Source: Vairimorpha necatrix
Lineage: Eukaryota
Direction of reading: 5' to 3'
NCBI GenBank assembly: GCA_036630325.1
Contig: CP142727.1
Coordinates: 1,240,001-1,304,000, forward strand
DNA: 64,000 nucleotides
A model generated the notes under the pieces. It was not told the origin of the DNA. It did not search any database and worked only from the letters and a program-made list of their open reading frames with translations. Below are positions 14,002-26,687 of the stretch, piece by piece. Positions within the stretch are counted from its first letter, which is position 1. Every line of letters starts with the position of its first letter. The position numbers were made by a program, and so were the translations under genes.

Positions 14002-17000
14002 ATAGAGGTATCTTCAAATCACTCAACTTCGTATATTTTTTTGTTTTAACGAACATGTATCTAGATTATTATTAGAAAAAAAACAATAAAATGTAATTGT
14101 TTTAGGAGGTAATAAAGTTACACAATCAACCCAAATGTCTGAATAAAGGCCACATGAATTTTTTACCTTTAACTACTAAGAAAATAAGCACACTGGGGTT
14201 GTTTATTAGTGACAATTTTTCTTTCATGTTATACTATAATAGAATAATATATTTAAACATCCTTTATAAATAAGTACCTTAAACGAGGATTTTGTGCATA
14301 TTTTTGTATTGCCTAGTTGTTTTTGATGCCCATTTTGCATTTAATTATGCCAGAATGAAACTCGGAAAGTTGATTTCATCTTTAAATATACAAATAGTCT
14401 AAGAAGATATTTTAGTTGCCTAACACGTACAGTATTGTCTAATTTTTGTATTGCTTATTTAATCAACACATCACCAAAGATACATTGTAAGGAAAGATTA
14501 ATATCATATCTTGCAAAGTTTTAGATCACGTGTAAAAAATTATTTTTGAATAAAGAATACATAAATTACTCTATAAAGTCTTTTTTATCTAAAGTATCAC
14601 ATATAAAAAAAATCTATATAGATTATATAGTCCATTTAGTACTATTAATACACCGACAAACACAGTCTATATTATATATATCAAAATGTGTGATTAAAAA
14701 CTAGATAAACCTATCTGACAGAACCGAAAGTAGTTCTAAATATACTTAATAAACATGAACATTCATCTAACACCAATAAACTCTAAAATATAAAAAAATT
14801 TATTAAAAAGAATGCAAAGTATTTTTTGTATTTAAAAGTCGATTGCGATTACAAAGCTGCATTCTCAAATAATATAAATGATTTTCGCATCTAATTTTGA
14901 CCAACAACATTAAACCAATTTAGGTAATCGTACAAAATACACACTCTTTATTAAAACCATAAGATCATTAAGCATAAAAAACCATTCTAACGAGGGAATA
15001 TCCAAATAAAATAATAAAGGTCAAATTTATAAATTAAGAACAAAGAGAGTTTGTACGTTTTTCCTTGCAGTTGTATTAGATCTCATCTTTTAATTAAATT
15101 ACGTTTTTTATTCATGCATAAATGACCATTAGTTAACTCATTTAAAATGCTATACAGCTAAGTTCAACTAATAAATTTAAATTGGAAAATGATAAACATT
15201 CATATATTTTTATATTGGCATATTATTGTACTCTCATAAAAAGGTTTTTTTGAAAAATATTAAATATTTTATACAAGTTATTAAATTATGAAAAAAATGC
15301 GTTACATATGATACATTATAACACGAAAAACATACTTTAGTTTGCACAACAAACCAAATTATAATACTTCAAAATTAAAATAGTGTGTGTTTGTTTCCAG
15401 AATTAATTGGAAATATGAGTTAATTTCTTAGTGTATAGTTAAATAGTAAAAAACATTGAGTTTTATGTATATACTGATGGTTAAAAAGTTTTTGCAGATT
15501 TTGTTCCTATGAGCTGTAAAAACACTTTTACTTTCCCAAAAAATCCAACAAGGTTCTATTCCATAGTAAAGTTATAAATAAAAAGTGAGATCAGAAAGTA
15601 CAGTATTTCTTCTGCATAGTTTACCAAGAATCTGATGAACAAAAGGTTCTAAATTCATAAATACAAAAGATTTAGTCGTTAAAAAACATTTAAACAAAAT
15701 TTGTGGTTATTATTTGTAGAAATATTTGATTTGTGAATGAAAATACAAATTTAATCTAAAAAATATTTATTTTTTCTTGGTTACAAAAAAATCGTTCGGA
15801 AAAATATCCAACCTCGTGTTTGCGCTAACAACGATAGTAGTTTATTATTTTATTTTTTTTTATTAAGTTAATAGCGGAAATTGAACTATTCAAAATCGAC
15901 GACTTACTTTAACCGAAAATAGAATGCTACAAAATGTCTTATGAAATTGAACTAGGATATATGCAAAAAATTATGACAAAAATAATTGATTTATATCTAC
16001 ATTAGTTTTTTCATGATCAAATATCAAAAATGTAAACCAAAACCAGTGTATCATTTCATGAAGCATACGAATTATATATTGTTCTAGAGAGAAATTTAGA
16101 TTATCTCTTGTGGTCATGTCGAAGATATAGTTATACATATTGAGAAGTGAAAGAAACGGATATTGCCACCTGTGACTAGTTGGAGACAACTGCTACAGAA
16201 GAATGCAACTCCGGAAAGTTTTGTTAAATTTTGGAAACAACAAAATTAATAAACCAACACTAAACCCAAAATGTGAAAAGCTAAGGTCATAAATAGAACG
16301 AAAAGTTGTTACAAATGACATCTGTCTCCTTCTTAAAGTAACTTCTATATTAATACACAAAACACATATTATCTAAGTTTAATTAACCACCTTATGTTTT
16401 TATACCTTAAATGTACTTAAGAATCAGCATCTACTTACCATTGATCTTTTTTTTATTGTTTTCTATACTACAGTTGTTTTTTATTTGCGTCGCTTTAATA
16501 TTTACCCTTTAGAAATATTCCACTTAACTTTATATTGCATTTAAAGTGTCTTTTTCATACGTAGGCCTTAATTTGTACGCTTTACTCAGAAATCTTTTTC
16601 GGGTGTAATTAGTTACACACCACCAACTTGATTTTTTACTTGACATCCTTGATGTCATGTGTTTAATGATTTAACATGTACATACTTTGACGTATTACCT
16701 GTTTTTACTTCAAATTGTAAAGATTTTTTTAATTAAAATATATCAGAGCTTTTAATTTAGGTTTTCGGGTATTTTTTTCAGATAAATTTTTATCGTTTTA
16801 TATTAAAAAAATATTCATTCATAAAGGTTTCTATAAATAGCACAACCCAAAACACTTAATATTGCAATTGATTGACATAAAGATTCTAAAATTCTTGAAT
16901 AGGCAATTCATATTATACATAATAGAATAATGTTTTATAAAGACTGATTATATCATAAGGCACAATTTATTTGACAAAAATTATTACAGATTAATTATCG

Positions 17001-17013
17001 AGCCCAAAGGCCC

Positions 17014-17943
17014 ATGTTTTTGTTTATTTCTTTAATAAAATGCTCGAATAATATATATAACACTAATGAAATATGCACCAGATTTTTATTAAATGTTGAA
17101 AGCAAAGAAAACACCTTTAGCTTTAAAATGAACGATACAAAAATTGATTTTAATTTAATTTTGGCTGAAGGAAATAATGAAATGACACTCGAAGAAAACT
17201 TAGATCCAAACATGGAAATATTGTTTGAGTATTTAATAAATGGAGGCGATTTTGAATTGTATAAAAAATCATTACGGGCAAATAACAATTCATTACATTA
17301 TGATTCTATAAACGAGAAAGATACAAAACTAAATAAACACATGACCTTACAACAACAACTTATCAATATGCAAATTGAATTTGAAAAAATTAAAGAAGAA
17401 TGTATATTAAATTTCGTAAAATCTCCATATTACAAAACCAAAATTACCTTTAATAAAAAGCAAACCGAAAAAATCAACAATTGTAGAAACTCAATAATGA
17501 AATTTTTCAAATCTTTTGCATGTAAAATATCATATTATACTCATGATTGCGAAAATAAGTTGAGAAAACTAAATTTCCTTGACAACAAACAAGTATTTGT
17601 AGTTTTGAAATTTGTTAAAGATGTTTTCAATTTTATAAAACCAAAACACAGTAGTTTGCGGTTAGCTGAGGATTCTTTGCTTTTGTTATATAACTTTTCG
17701 ATGGTAAGATGGAAATTACTCAAGGTGATGGACGTTATTTACATACCTGATCTGTTAATTTCAACATATAATTTTTTTGAAAGTAATATGCCAAGGAAAT
17801 ATAGCGAGGAAGCACGTATTTTAGATGACTTAAATTATTTAAGAAATAAATTCAATTACATATATAACAAAAAAGATATATTAAGCTCACGATTACAGAA
17901 AATATGCCAAATTATTCTGGAAAAGAACAATAACAAGGAATAA
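17014..17943 (+). CDS. Secreted protein of local multigene family (short member)
   Basis: MFLFISLIKC signal peptide; C-terminal domain aligns by eye with the ORFs at 46378, 53439 and 58277 (KFVKDVFNFIKP...LLYNFSMVRWK...RLQKICQII); CCC immediately before the ATG. Confidence 0.85.
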   Translation: MFLFISLIKCSNNIYNTNEICTRFLLNVESKENTFSFKMNDTKIDFNLILAEGNNEMTLEENLDPNMEILFEYLINGGDFELYKKSLRANNNSLHYDSINEKDTKLNKHMTLQQQLINMQIEFEKIKEECILNFVKSPYYKTKITFNKKQTEKINNCRNSIMKFFKSFACKISYYTHDCENKLRKLNFLDNKQVFVVLKFVKDVFNFIKPKHSSLRLAEDSLLLLYNFSMVRWKLLKVMDVIYIPDLLISTYNFFESNMPRKYSEEARILDDLNYLRNKFNYIYNKKDILSSRLQKICQIILEKNNNKE

Positions 17944-20900
17944 ATATTCGTAGATTATAATAAAAATATAAACTGCTTACAGCTATAAAATAGGAATTAC
18001 GGGGAAGTTTTGTTTTTGCTTAAATTTCATCAGCATAAGTTTGGTGACATTTTGTCATTTAAATGAAAGACACATACACTTCATATATTTTATGCGTATT
18101 TAAGCGTTTTTACATAGTATCTTATCTTTTAAATAAACAAAGGGGTTATATAGTAAAAATATATTCATGTTCCAGTGCAAAGTTCAAATTTTTGTCTTTT
18201 TCGTACAAAGTCAAATTTATAAATTTGATGTCTATAATCTAGTTTGATTTTATATCTTGTGCAAACCAAATTTACTTATAAGTTTTTCATATAAAACATT
18301 TTTTTTGATTCTTAAATACACAAAAATTTGTTATTATTGTAAAAACGGACTAAGTAATATTTTTTTTATATCAGAAAAGGATCCAATTTATACAGTAAGA
18401 TCAGATTGTTACGTTTTAATGTGTTTATAACTCTAGTTCATATTTGAGCATATAATTTATTTTAGAGATTACATAAAATGTATCAGCTACGAGAAAAAAT
18501 CAATGCTACAAATATTTCTTAAAATATATCATATCATACTTCCAAAGTTAAACATATTACATGAAGAGTATTGTAAAATAAAAAATAAGTAGATTTAAAA
18601 TATTTAAACATCGATATTCTGTAATTTAAATGTAATTTTGTGTTAAATTCTTAAAGTTCTTTTTTAGTCTTAAATTAATACAGTTACCGGTAGTTCCTTT
18701 GTTAAACATAACTCAGAATTTTTTTTATCAGTTAAAAACTGGATTTTATAGTATTTACATATTGAATATAAAGCATATAGATTCTAGAAGCGCATAGATT
18801 TATCATTTGGCTTTTTCATAAAACATTTTGTACATAAATTCTCGATAAAATTTATAAGCGTCAATTTATGACTATAAATTATTTGTACCAAGTAAATTTA
18901 TTAATTTTTTTTATTTTAAGCAAAAAAATGATAGCTATTCGAGAGTATCAAATATAAAAAAATTATAAAATAGGTAACCCGAGGATCTTGTTATTTACAG
19001 GTTTATATAAAAGAAATTAAAAATCTATATTTTGTTAATTTTACTTGGTATATATACAATGAATCGTAAAACACAAATTTTTTTTACAAGTTATAAATTA
19101 TATTAAGCATTACAGAAAGATTGACCATGGTCGATTAAAGATTAATTACTCTGATTGCGGGGAGGATTATAAAGCAAAATCTATAGCGTAGACATCGCAG
19201 AATAGTATAAATACGCGCGAATATAAAGGCATAATAAGACAGGAATTATATTAATAAGAATCTCAATATTTTTCTCATTATGCCTGAATCTTAATTAAAA
19301 ATATAACTTTAATAGAAAGTATCGTCTTTCTTGATTTTTTTTATTTTAAAATGACTATGTCTATAATTTATTTAAAATATTCATATTCAAATGAAAGTCA
19401 AAAATTAATTTATACATAGATATTTTAGAGTGATTAATGAACACTATATAACGGTTTTAATTTGGGAAATAAATTTTCTAATTTGATACAATAAAAAATA
19501 CAAGAGACATAATGATGAAATATAAATATTTTGATAATTATATATACATAAAATCCTTTTCAAGTATAAATTCTTGCCAATCTTACATCTAATTTCAAAA
19601 TTTTTTAACTTATACATCTTGTTTTGTAGTAGAAAGGAACCGCCACATTGCAAAAAAGAATCGGAATTTTTTGAAACAATAATTTATAAGATGCAATTAC
19701 TACCTTATTTTAAAGTAAGTTATTATTTTTTTCATGAAATATTGCATAAATTAAATTCGAAAGGAAGGCGTGTAAAATAAGTTAAAAAAATTAGAAAAAA
19801 ACTAATTAAACGTACGTATAAATTACAAAAAAGAAGTTATAAGTTATTTAAAGACCCATAACAATAAAATGTAAATCAATTCCGTTTTTTTAAACTAAAC
19901 ATAAGTAATTTATATGGGAATTTTATGCGTTGAAATAGATTAATAAAAACAATAAACTATTTTTAACAGTTTATAATACAAACAGGGGATCATTGATCCC
20001 CGGACCTTATATAAATAGAAACAAAATCTATAATTACAAAATAGAAATATTTTTTTTCAAAACGTTTCAATATAAGAATAACAAAATTAGAAAAAAAAAT
20101 TTTAATAGCAAGAAAATATCTTAAATTCCAAGAAAGGTATAAGATCTAAATTCTATTGAAAAGTAAATTAGAAAATAAAAGCAAGATCGAACAAAAGTTT
20201 TGAAATTTATAAAAGCATAATCAGTTATATAATATAAACGAAACTCTTTAGCATACGTTAAAGTAGAAACATCATATAAATTTGTTTTAAGATTCATTTT
20301 CGAATATAGTTTACTATATTATATTTGAGCTCTTTATGAGGTATTAAAGTATATTTTAGTATATAGCCTCTTTTCTACATCGACCAACTATTTTTATGGG
20401 CTTCAATCGACTTAATATATACGTTTTAATTATAATTATTCCGATGCAAGATTATACAGACACGTAGTTCTAGATAATAAGGATTGTTCGATTTTGGACA
20501 CAGCTTTGTATTGCAAATCTTCATTATTTATTTATAATGTTTTGTTTAGTATGTAGAAATAGATAAATATTTGAGGAATCGCTAAACTTAATTATTCAAT
20601 GGTATTTTTAATATACAAACGTTATGGTCGAGGTTTACGACTATTAATTATTATTTTAAGACACATTAATATCCCGTTATGTCCTATTATAAAATTTTTT
20701 ATAAAAAATCATCAAAAAACAAAATTAAAAACTGGCCTTTATACACTTGTGAACAATTATAAAAGATATCCGTTTTTTACAAAAGATAGATATATTTTAT
20801 ACTTTTGCAAAATTATATATTATCTGTAAACTATCGCATATATCTTGTAATCTTTTTTTTCGTAATTTTTATATCATACAAGATATTAAATTATAAAACA

Positions 20901-21959
20901 TCTGCATTTAAAAAACAAAATTTATCGATAATATGCTTAAAACGACAATCATATGATTATAAATATTATAAAAAAAATTTATACATATACTACTGATATA
21001 ATGTGTATAATCTCTGCGTTGATTTACAGTCTAAATCTTGAAAGCAAGCTTTACATGATATAGTAATTATAGAATCTTAAAGTATACTAAAGATAATAAA
21101 TGAACATTCAATGCAACATTATATTAAACCTACAAAACGTATAAATTTTTTCTTGAGGATAATATGTGCCTATAAATTGTTACATATTTTTAATACACTT
21201 TGTAAAAACATGCCTAATTTTATATACATCTCTCATTAAAATTTGTTCTTTGAATCATTTTATCTATATTAATGTTTAATATCATTTGGCTGCAACCTAT
21301 AAATTATTTTACCCCATTTATTAATATTATTAATTTATAAGACTTAAAATAAGTGGTGCTACAATCAACAACATTTATTTTGAATCATAATAGTTCATTC
21401 TGCTCATTGCCATTAAAGATGCTTACATACATCATTTATTTATCGTTTATATCTAAAGTTTTCTTTTTAATTTTAATTCGACGTATTACGAAAAATACAA
21501 TCTAAAACAATTTATATACTGATAAAGTATGACGAAACAATATAATATCAACAATGAAAATATTGAAATTTCAATCACATAAAAAAATAAATAAAACAGT
21601 GATTTATATTTACAAGTAGGCCTTGCAATATAAAAAATTAGAACAATTTGTATGCATATTTTTTTTTCGGTTAATGCATAGTTGTTTAATGAAAATATAA
21701 TTTATTTGGGTATAATATTCGGCTTATTAATTACTTTTCACAAGATACGCTTACAGTCTCATCTGGCAATTCCAGGACTTCCTTCTGAGATTCACTCATT
21801 GGGCTCTCGAAACCCCCTTCCTGATCTGTATCAAGCCCATGTCTGGCTGACATAGTTAGGCTAGTTGTTTAATGATATATGTTATTTTTATTTTTTGTCA
21901 GTTTAAAATAATGGTACATGACCGTTTAGAACCTGCTTTGAAATTTTAAAGGATCCCTT

Positions 21960-22561
21960 TTAAAAAATGGCAAAATTGGCAAAAACAATGTTTGTTAAGG
22001 CAGATGAGCTTTTTATTTTGAAACGTATTTATACATGGAATACAAAGAAAAGTTTATTTTAAAAACATTTGATGCTGAATCGGCGTACGCCTTGCATGTT
22101 TTTGTAACTAGTAGAAACACTGTTTTTTCCTTGAGGTAATACAAGATAATGTATAACCTGTTTTTATTATGATCTCTAATCAATGGGTAGCATATATGGC
22201 CAAATTGGACAAGCAAAGGGATCGAGCACAGTACTATGAATCATTTTACCAATGCCGTAACCCCTAGAGATTATGAATTACAATACCAAATAATTTGGTT
22301 GGTATTGGCTCATTTCTATAAATGATATTCGATCTAGACATAAACAAAGCCAAACACTATGAGTACCTTTAACAGTGCCTTTGGGCTATCCAAATTCCCA
22401 AAAATCATCTGATAAATTGTCTTCCGTTATTATTTAAATAAATCGTTAAGTCTCTTTTTTATAATTTTTTTTATTTTTCCCTTTATTTGAATTTTTCAAA
22501 GCGGGTTTATTACCCAAAGCGAGTTCATTTTCCCAAAGCGGGCTCCAAACGGTCATTTTCC
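21960..22561 (+). mobile_element. Decayed Merlin (IS1016/IS1595-like DDE) transposase with right end
   Basis: Broken frames give KIG...VKADE (~21972-22008), EVIQDNV*PVFIMISNQWVAY (22133-22195) and GIEHSTMNHF (from 22218), matching the IS1595-type pattern VxxDE...GSxIxSDxWxAY...HxTVNH. Followed by three CAAAGCG(G/A)G subterminal repeats and an end GGTCATTTTCC at 22561. Confidence 0.7.
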
Positions 22562-22952
22562 AATTTAATTTATTGCTTCAAATAATATAAAATTATTCAT
22601 AAATAGTCAATGCACTTAAAATACTCATAAATTAAATTTTATGCCTAAAAAAATTTATTTGTTTTTGTTTGCAATGGTTACATTAACATAATAATAAAAT
22701 TTTGAACTCCTAAAAAAATAAGCTTGGAAGATTCATGTATAGATCTATGTAAAATTGTTTCTTTCATAATAATAACATATATGTAAAGATACTATAAAAA
22801 AAAATTCAGAAAAATTAAAAAATTTCTAATGCAAAAAATCACTATAATATTGATGTTATTACTTTCATTTAAAGCGACAATTGGTAATTTTAAAATAAAA
22901 TAATACAATTTTTAGTTAGTTGATTAAATTTGAAATTTACAAATTAATGCAA

Positions 22953-23735
22953 TTATAAATTCTTACAGTAAAATCCAACGAAAAAACCAACTGATAATAC
23001 CGCAACAGTGCGAAGTAAATGGACTAAACACCAAGAATAATTGCCATTGTTCCCATCAGGTTCATTATTAGAGTGGGAATTGGTCTTTTTAGTTGCACTT
23101 GCAACATTTTTTTTGTCTTTATTGTAAATAGAATTCTTTAAATTGTCATCCTTTTCTAAATTTTGTTCCTTTTTCTCATTTTTGCATCCTGTTATATCAG
23201 AATAATTTTTGCTGACAATTTCTTGATAACATTGTGTCGATGCATTAAATTTTGTAATTTTGTTATTTTTCATCATAATTTTATTATCATAATGTTCATC
23301 AATCTTTAATCTTCTTTTGGGCTCATAATTTTTAGATTTAGAAAAACTAAGCTCAATTTTATCGATATCTTTTGCTTTGTTTTCTGTGAAATAAAATTCA
23401 CTATCTTTTTCGCTATCCAAATCGACGTTTATATTAGTCAACCCGTCTCCATTGGCTAAGTTTTTGTCATGTTCTGAATTGTCAAATTCAATAAATTCGG
23501 GATCTTGTCTGTATGTAATATTAATGCTATATTCTGGGCACAAAGCTTCTCTAATTTTTTCAGCTTCTTTTGTAGAAACCATAAAAGACTCCAAATTATC
23601 ATTATTTTCTAATCTTCCGACAGAAAAAATATTTCTATTTCGGGAAATATCTCGCTCGTTTTTATAATGACAATTGCAATTAATCTCTGAACATGCGACA
23701 TCTTTATGTTCTTCATTATTTTTTTCGGAGACCAA
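22953..23735 (-). CDS. C-terminal membrane-anchor segment of the frameshifted surface-protein gene
   Basis: Acidic ORF ending in a TM helix and short tail; track start is a TTG and the frame continues upstream. Confidence 0.55.
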   Translation of the reverse strand: MVSEKNNEEHKDVACSEINCNCHYKNERDISRNRNIFSVGRLENNDNLESFMVSTKEAEKIREALCPEYSINITYRQDPEFIEFDNSEHDKNLANGDGLTNINVDLDSEKDSEFYFTENKAKDIDKIELSFSKSKNYEPKRRLKIDEHYDNKIMMKNNKITKFNASTQCYQEIVSKNYSDITGCKNEKKEQNLEKDDNLKNSIYNKDKKNVASATKKTNSHSNNEPDGNNGNYSWCLVHLLRTVAVLSVGFFVGFYCKNL

Positions 23736-23755
23736 AGACTTTAAACTATCATTAT

Positions 23756-26254
23756 TTAATAATATTTGTTCGGTTTCAAGGTTAAATACCTCGCCGAACC
23801 CCAGTTCAACTTCACTGTTATCTTGAAATGTGCAATCAACAAAACTAATTTTCTTGCCTTTTCTGTTGTAACAATAGATTTATCAAGATCATTTTTGCTA
23901 TAAAATCTTTGGTTTGATTTCACAATTCCACATTCAAACAAATCTAGTTCATTATCATTGGTATCATCAACTTCGTATATTGCACTTGAGATTACTTTGG
24001 CTTCTTCTTTATACAATACATCATCTGAATCTTTTAAATTGTCTTTATTCTCTTTGTTTTGATCATGTTCTTGGTCTTTGAAGTCTGTTTTGTTAAGATT
24101 TTTATTTTGAGTGCCACGAATGTCATATTCTGTGCCTGCGATTTTTTTAACTTCTTCGATTGCTTTTAGATTTCCTAAATTCTCCAAAATATCATTATTT
24201 AGAAAGCTATGATCAGATAAAATATTTTCATAATATTGATTATCAACCTCGTGTGTTGAGCCAGAAGTTTTTATTCCTTTTTTATTTTCTTTAGTAAAAT
24301 CTGAATAAATATAATTATCTCCACCAGTAAATTTCAACTCGTGTTCATTACTTTTACATTCCGCAGCATCTTGTTCGATTCTACTGTCATTATAGACGCC
24401 GTATTCTGTAGATAAAATTTCTTCTGGAATTTCATCTTCTTTTATAACAAATGAATACTTCATACGATTGTCATTTTCTAAACTTTTATCGGACACAATA
24501 GTTTCACTTTCAGATAATTCTATTTCATTTTCATTAGTATCATCAGCATCGTATTCTGCAAGCATAGTTTCTTGAATAACGTCGTTTTCAAATTCAAATA
24601 CTGGATCATACAGAACATCATCTTTCTTTCTGCATTTATCGAACAAAATAGTATCATCTTCAGTAAAATCTATTTCATTTTCATAAGTACCATATTCTGA
24701 AAGCACAGTTTCTTGGATATCTCCATTTAATAATGGAATTACTGGTTCGTGCACAATATCATCATTCGATAAGCATTGATTGTGTAGTTCATATTCACAA
24801 ATATTATAAACTTTATAATTTGTATATGTTGTTTTCGGTACTATTTCATTTTCACTTATAACAACCGTATCATTCACATGATTATTATTTTTCGATTTTT
24901 GATCGTTTTTTTGGTTTTTTTCGTTGTAATCTTGTTTAAATTTATCGTAAACTTCTAAAGGCACGCCAGTGGTCTCGTTTGCGTCTTTACTTTTCATAAT
25001 AATGTTCATATCCTCTAAATTATAATCATTCTCTAAGTTTTGACATGGTAAAACATTTTCACATTTACCGTTACCTGTTACATTTTTGCAAGACAAAAAA
25101 GCCTCGTGTTCTGATAAACAAATTTCTTGAAGATTGTCGCTTAATTTTGCAACAACTATATCATTTATATTTTCGACACTTCCTAAATTTTCTTCATGCT
25201 CATTCTTTTTAGATTTTGCGATACCTACTCCGTCTTCATACATACAATTTATTTTATATAAATCATTCACAGTTTCTTTTTCAATTTTGTTTTCCAATGG
25301 AACAACTCGACTATACAAATTAGTTGCACTTTTAAAACTATGTTTTGATAATCTATTTTTTCCTTCAGTACTATCTGTTTCATTTTCGCAAGTATCAAAA
25401 ATCTTATATTCAGTAAATAGAGTTTCGGTACATCTTTTGACTTTCTCTGTATAAACTATAGCGTTATCACTTTCAACACTATTTATGTTTCTCTCATGCT
25501 CATTATTTTTATATTCTGCAATATCCTGTTCATTTTCATATGTATTATCAACTTTATGTTTGGTTGCTACATTTTCTTTGGTTTTTTTGTTTTCTTTTAT
25601 AGCTACTAAATTAACAGAAATTTTGTTTTTCAATAAATTTAGACTCTCTGTATGGTTTTTACATTCAGAGGTGTATTGTTCATTTCCCTTTGTATAGTTA
25701 AATTCGTTAATCGCTAGAGCCTCTTTAGTTTCTTTTGTAGCAACTGCATCTTCAAAATTATTATTACTCTCTATGTTTCGGTCAGTATCTTGATTTTCAT
25801 ACACTGCGTTATCAAATTCATTTACATTAGTATCATCAATTTTGTATTCTTTCAGTAGCGGGTTTGTTCCACTTTTGTTTTCTTTTGTAACAACTAAATC
25901 TTCCATATGCTCTTCATTCATTAATCTTTGAACAAATTCTTTTTTCTTGAATCCTTCGATCTCCGACTCTTGTTTACGACTATCGTTAACAATATGTTCT
26001 GCACTTGGGGTTTCTTTACTTTCTCTGTTTTCTTTCGTAACAACCGAATTTTCAATATTATCTTTTTTCTTTAAAATCTGATCATTATCCTTAGGCTGTC
26101 CTATAATATTTGTATTAGTGTCAGTAGTTCTCAAATTATCAATAAAATCTAGGCTTTCGGCAGTTAGATCGAAATTTTTTTCAATTATATCTAGACTTTT
26201 CGTTTTATCAAATTCTATCTTTTCACAACTTATTTTATATTCAAAAGTGTACAT
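23756..26254 (-). CDS. Central repeat-bearing segment (832 aa) of the frameshifted surface-protein gene
   Basis: Long acidic ORF with recurring VVTKEN...EYxxxxTxENE units about 50 aa apart. Confidence 0.6.
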   Translation of the reverse strand: MYTFEYKISCEKIEFDKTKSLDIIEKNFDLTAESLDFIDNLRTTDTNTNIIGQPKDNDQILKKKDNIENSVVTKENRESKETPSAEHIVNDSRKQESEIEGFKKKEFVQRLMNEEHMEDLVVTKENKSGTNPLLKEYKIDDTNVNEFDNAVYENQDTDRNIESNNNFEDAVATKETKEALAINEFNYTKGNEQYTSECKNHTESLNLLKNKISVNLVAIKENKKTKENVATKHKVDNTYENEQDIAEYKNNEHERNINSVESDNAIVYTEKVKRCTETLFTEYKIFDTCENETDSTEGKNRLSKHSFKSATNLYSRVVPLENKIEKETVNDLYKINCMYEDGVGIAKSKKNEHEENLGSVENINDIVVAKLSDNLQEICLSEHEAFLSCKNVTGNGKCENVLPCQNLENDYNLEDMNIIMKSKDANETTGVPLEVYDKFKQDYNEKNQKNDQKSKNNNHVNDTVVISENEIVPKTTYTNYKVYNICEYELHNQCLSNDDIVHEPVIPLLNGDIQETVLSEYGTYENEIDFTEDDTILFDKCRKKDDVLYDPVFEFENDVIQETMLAEYDADDTNENEIELSESETIVSDKSLENDNRMKYSFVIKEDEIPEEILSTEYGVYNDSRIEQDAAECKSNEHELKFTGGDNYIYSDFTKENKKGIKTSGSTHEVDNQYYENILSDHSFLNNDILENLGNLKAIEEVKKIAGTEYDIRGTQNKNLNKTDFKDQEHDQNKENKDNLKDSDDVLYKEEAKVISSAIYEVDDTNDNELDLFECGIVKSNQRFYSKNDLDKSIVTTEKARKLVLLIAHFKITVKLNWGSARYLTLKPNKYY

Positions 26255-26687
26255 TTTTGTATTTGCCCACGAAATAGTAGATTTTTTTTCTCTCAGAATA
26301 TATTATTTCAAAAAAAAAATATACAAAGTTCCGAACTTTAAAACTACATTTATAAAATTTAACACTTTCAATAAATGTTTTACGTATCTTTTTATCTTTT
26401 ATCGCGGAAGCTTCTTTTTTTATTTTAAACTGATCTTTGTCACCTACCAATTCAAAAAGAAGACCATTGTGAGCTAGTTGAAAATTCCTTTTAATGTTAT
26501 TAGGTTTATGTATTTCATTATAATAAGAGTATATTTGGCTGGAGAAAAAAAATTTATATTCGGCGAATTTGTCAGCTTCATTGGAAACGCCTATATAAAC
26601 ATTACAAATATCATTTCCAACATAATTTATAAAAAAAGTCAATTCTCCGTATCCATAATAAAAATACAATAATATCTTATAAAACAT
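26241..26687 (-). CDS. N-terminal signal-peptide segment of the frameshifted surface-protein gene
   Basis: CCCC-ATG, MFYKILLYFYYGYG; overlaps the next ORF by 14 nt. Confidence 0.55.
   Translation of the reverse strand: MFYKILLYFYYGYGELTFFINYVGNDICNVYIGVSNEADKFAEYKFFFSSQIYSYYNEIHKPNNIKRNFQLAHNGLLFELVGDKDQFKIKKEASAIKDKKIRKTFIESVKFYKCSFKVRNFVYFFFEIIYSERKKIYYFVGKYKNVHF

Larger units (their letters stand above)
22953..26687 (-). pseudogene. Single ~1244-aa type-I membrane/surface protein with ~50-aa acidic repeats, interrupted by two compensating frameshifts (or sequence errors)
   Basis: CCCC-ATG and a signal peptide at 26687. ORF1 (26241-26687) and ORF3 (22953-23735) are in the same frame. The ORF3 frame is open upstream to ~23858 (KKISFVDCTFQDNSEVELGF...). 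C-terminal TM helix LLRTVAVLSVGFFVGFY. Confidence 0.7.
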
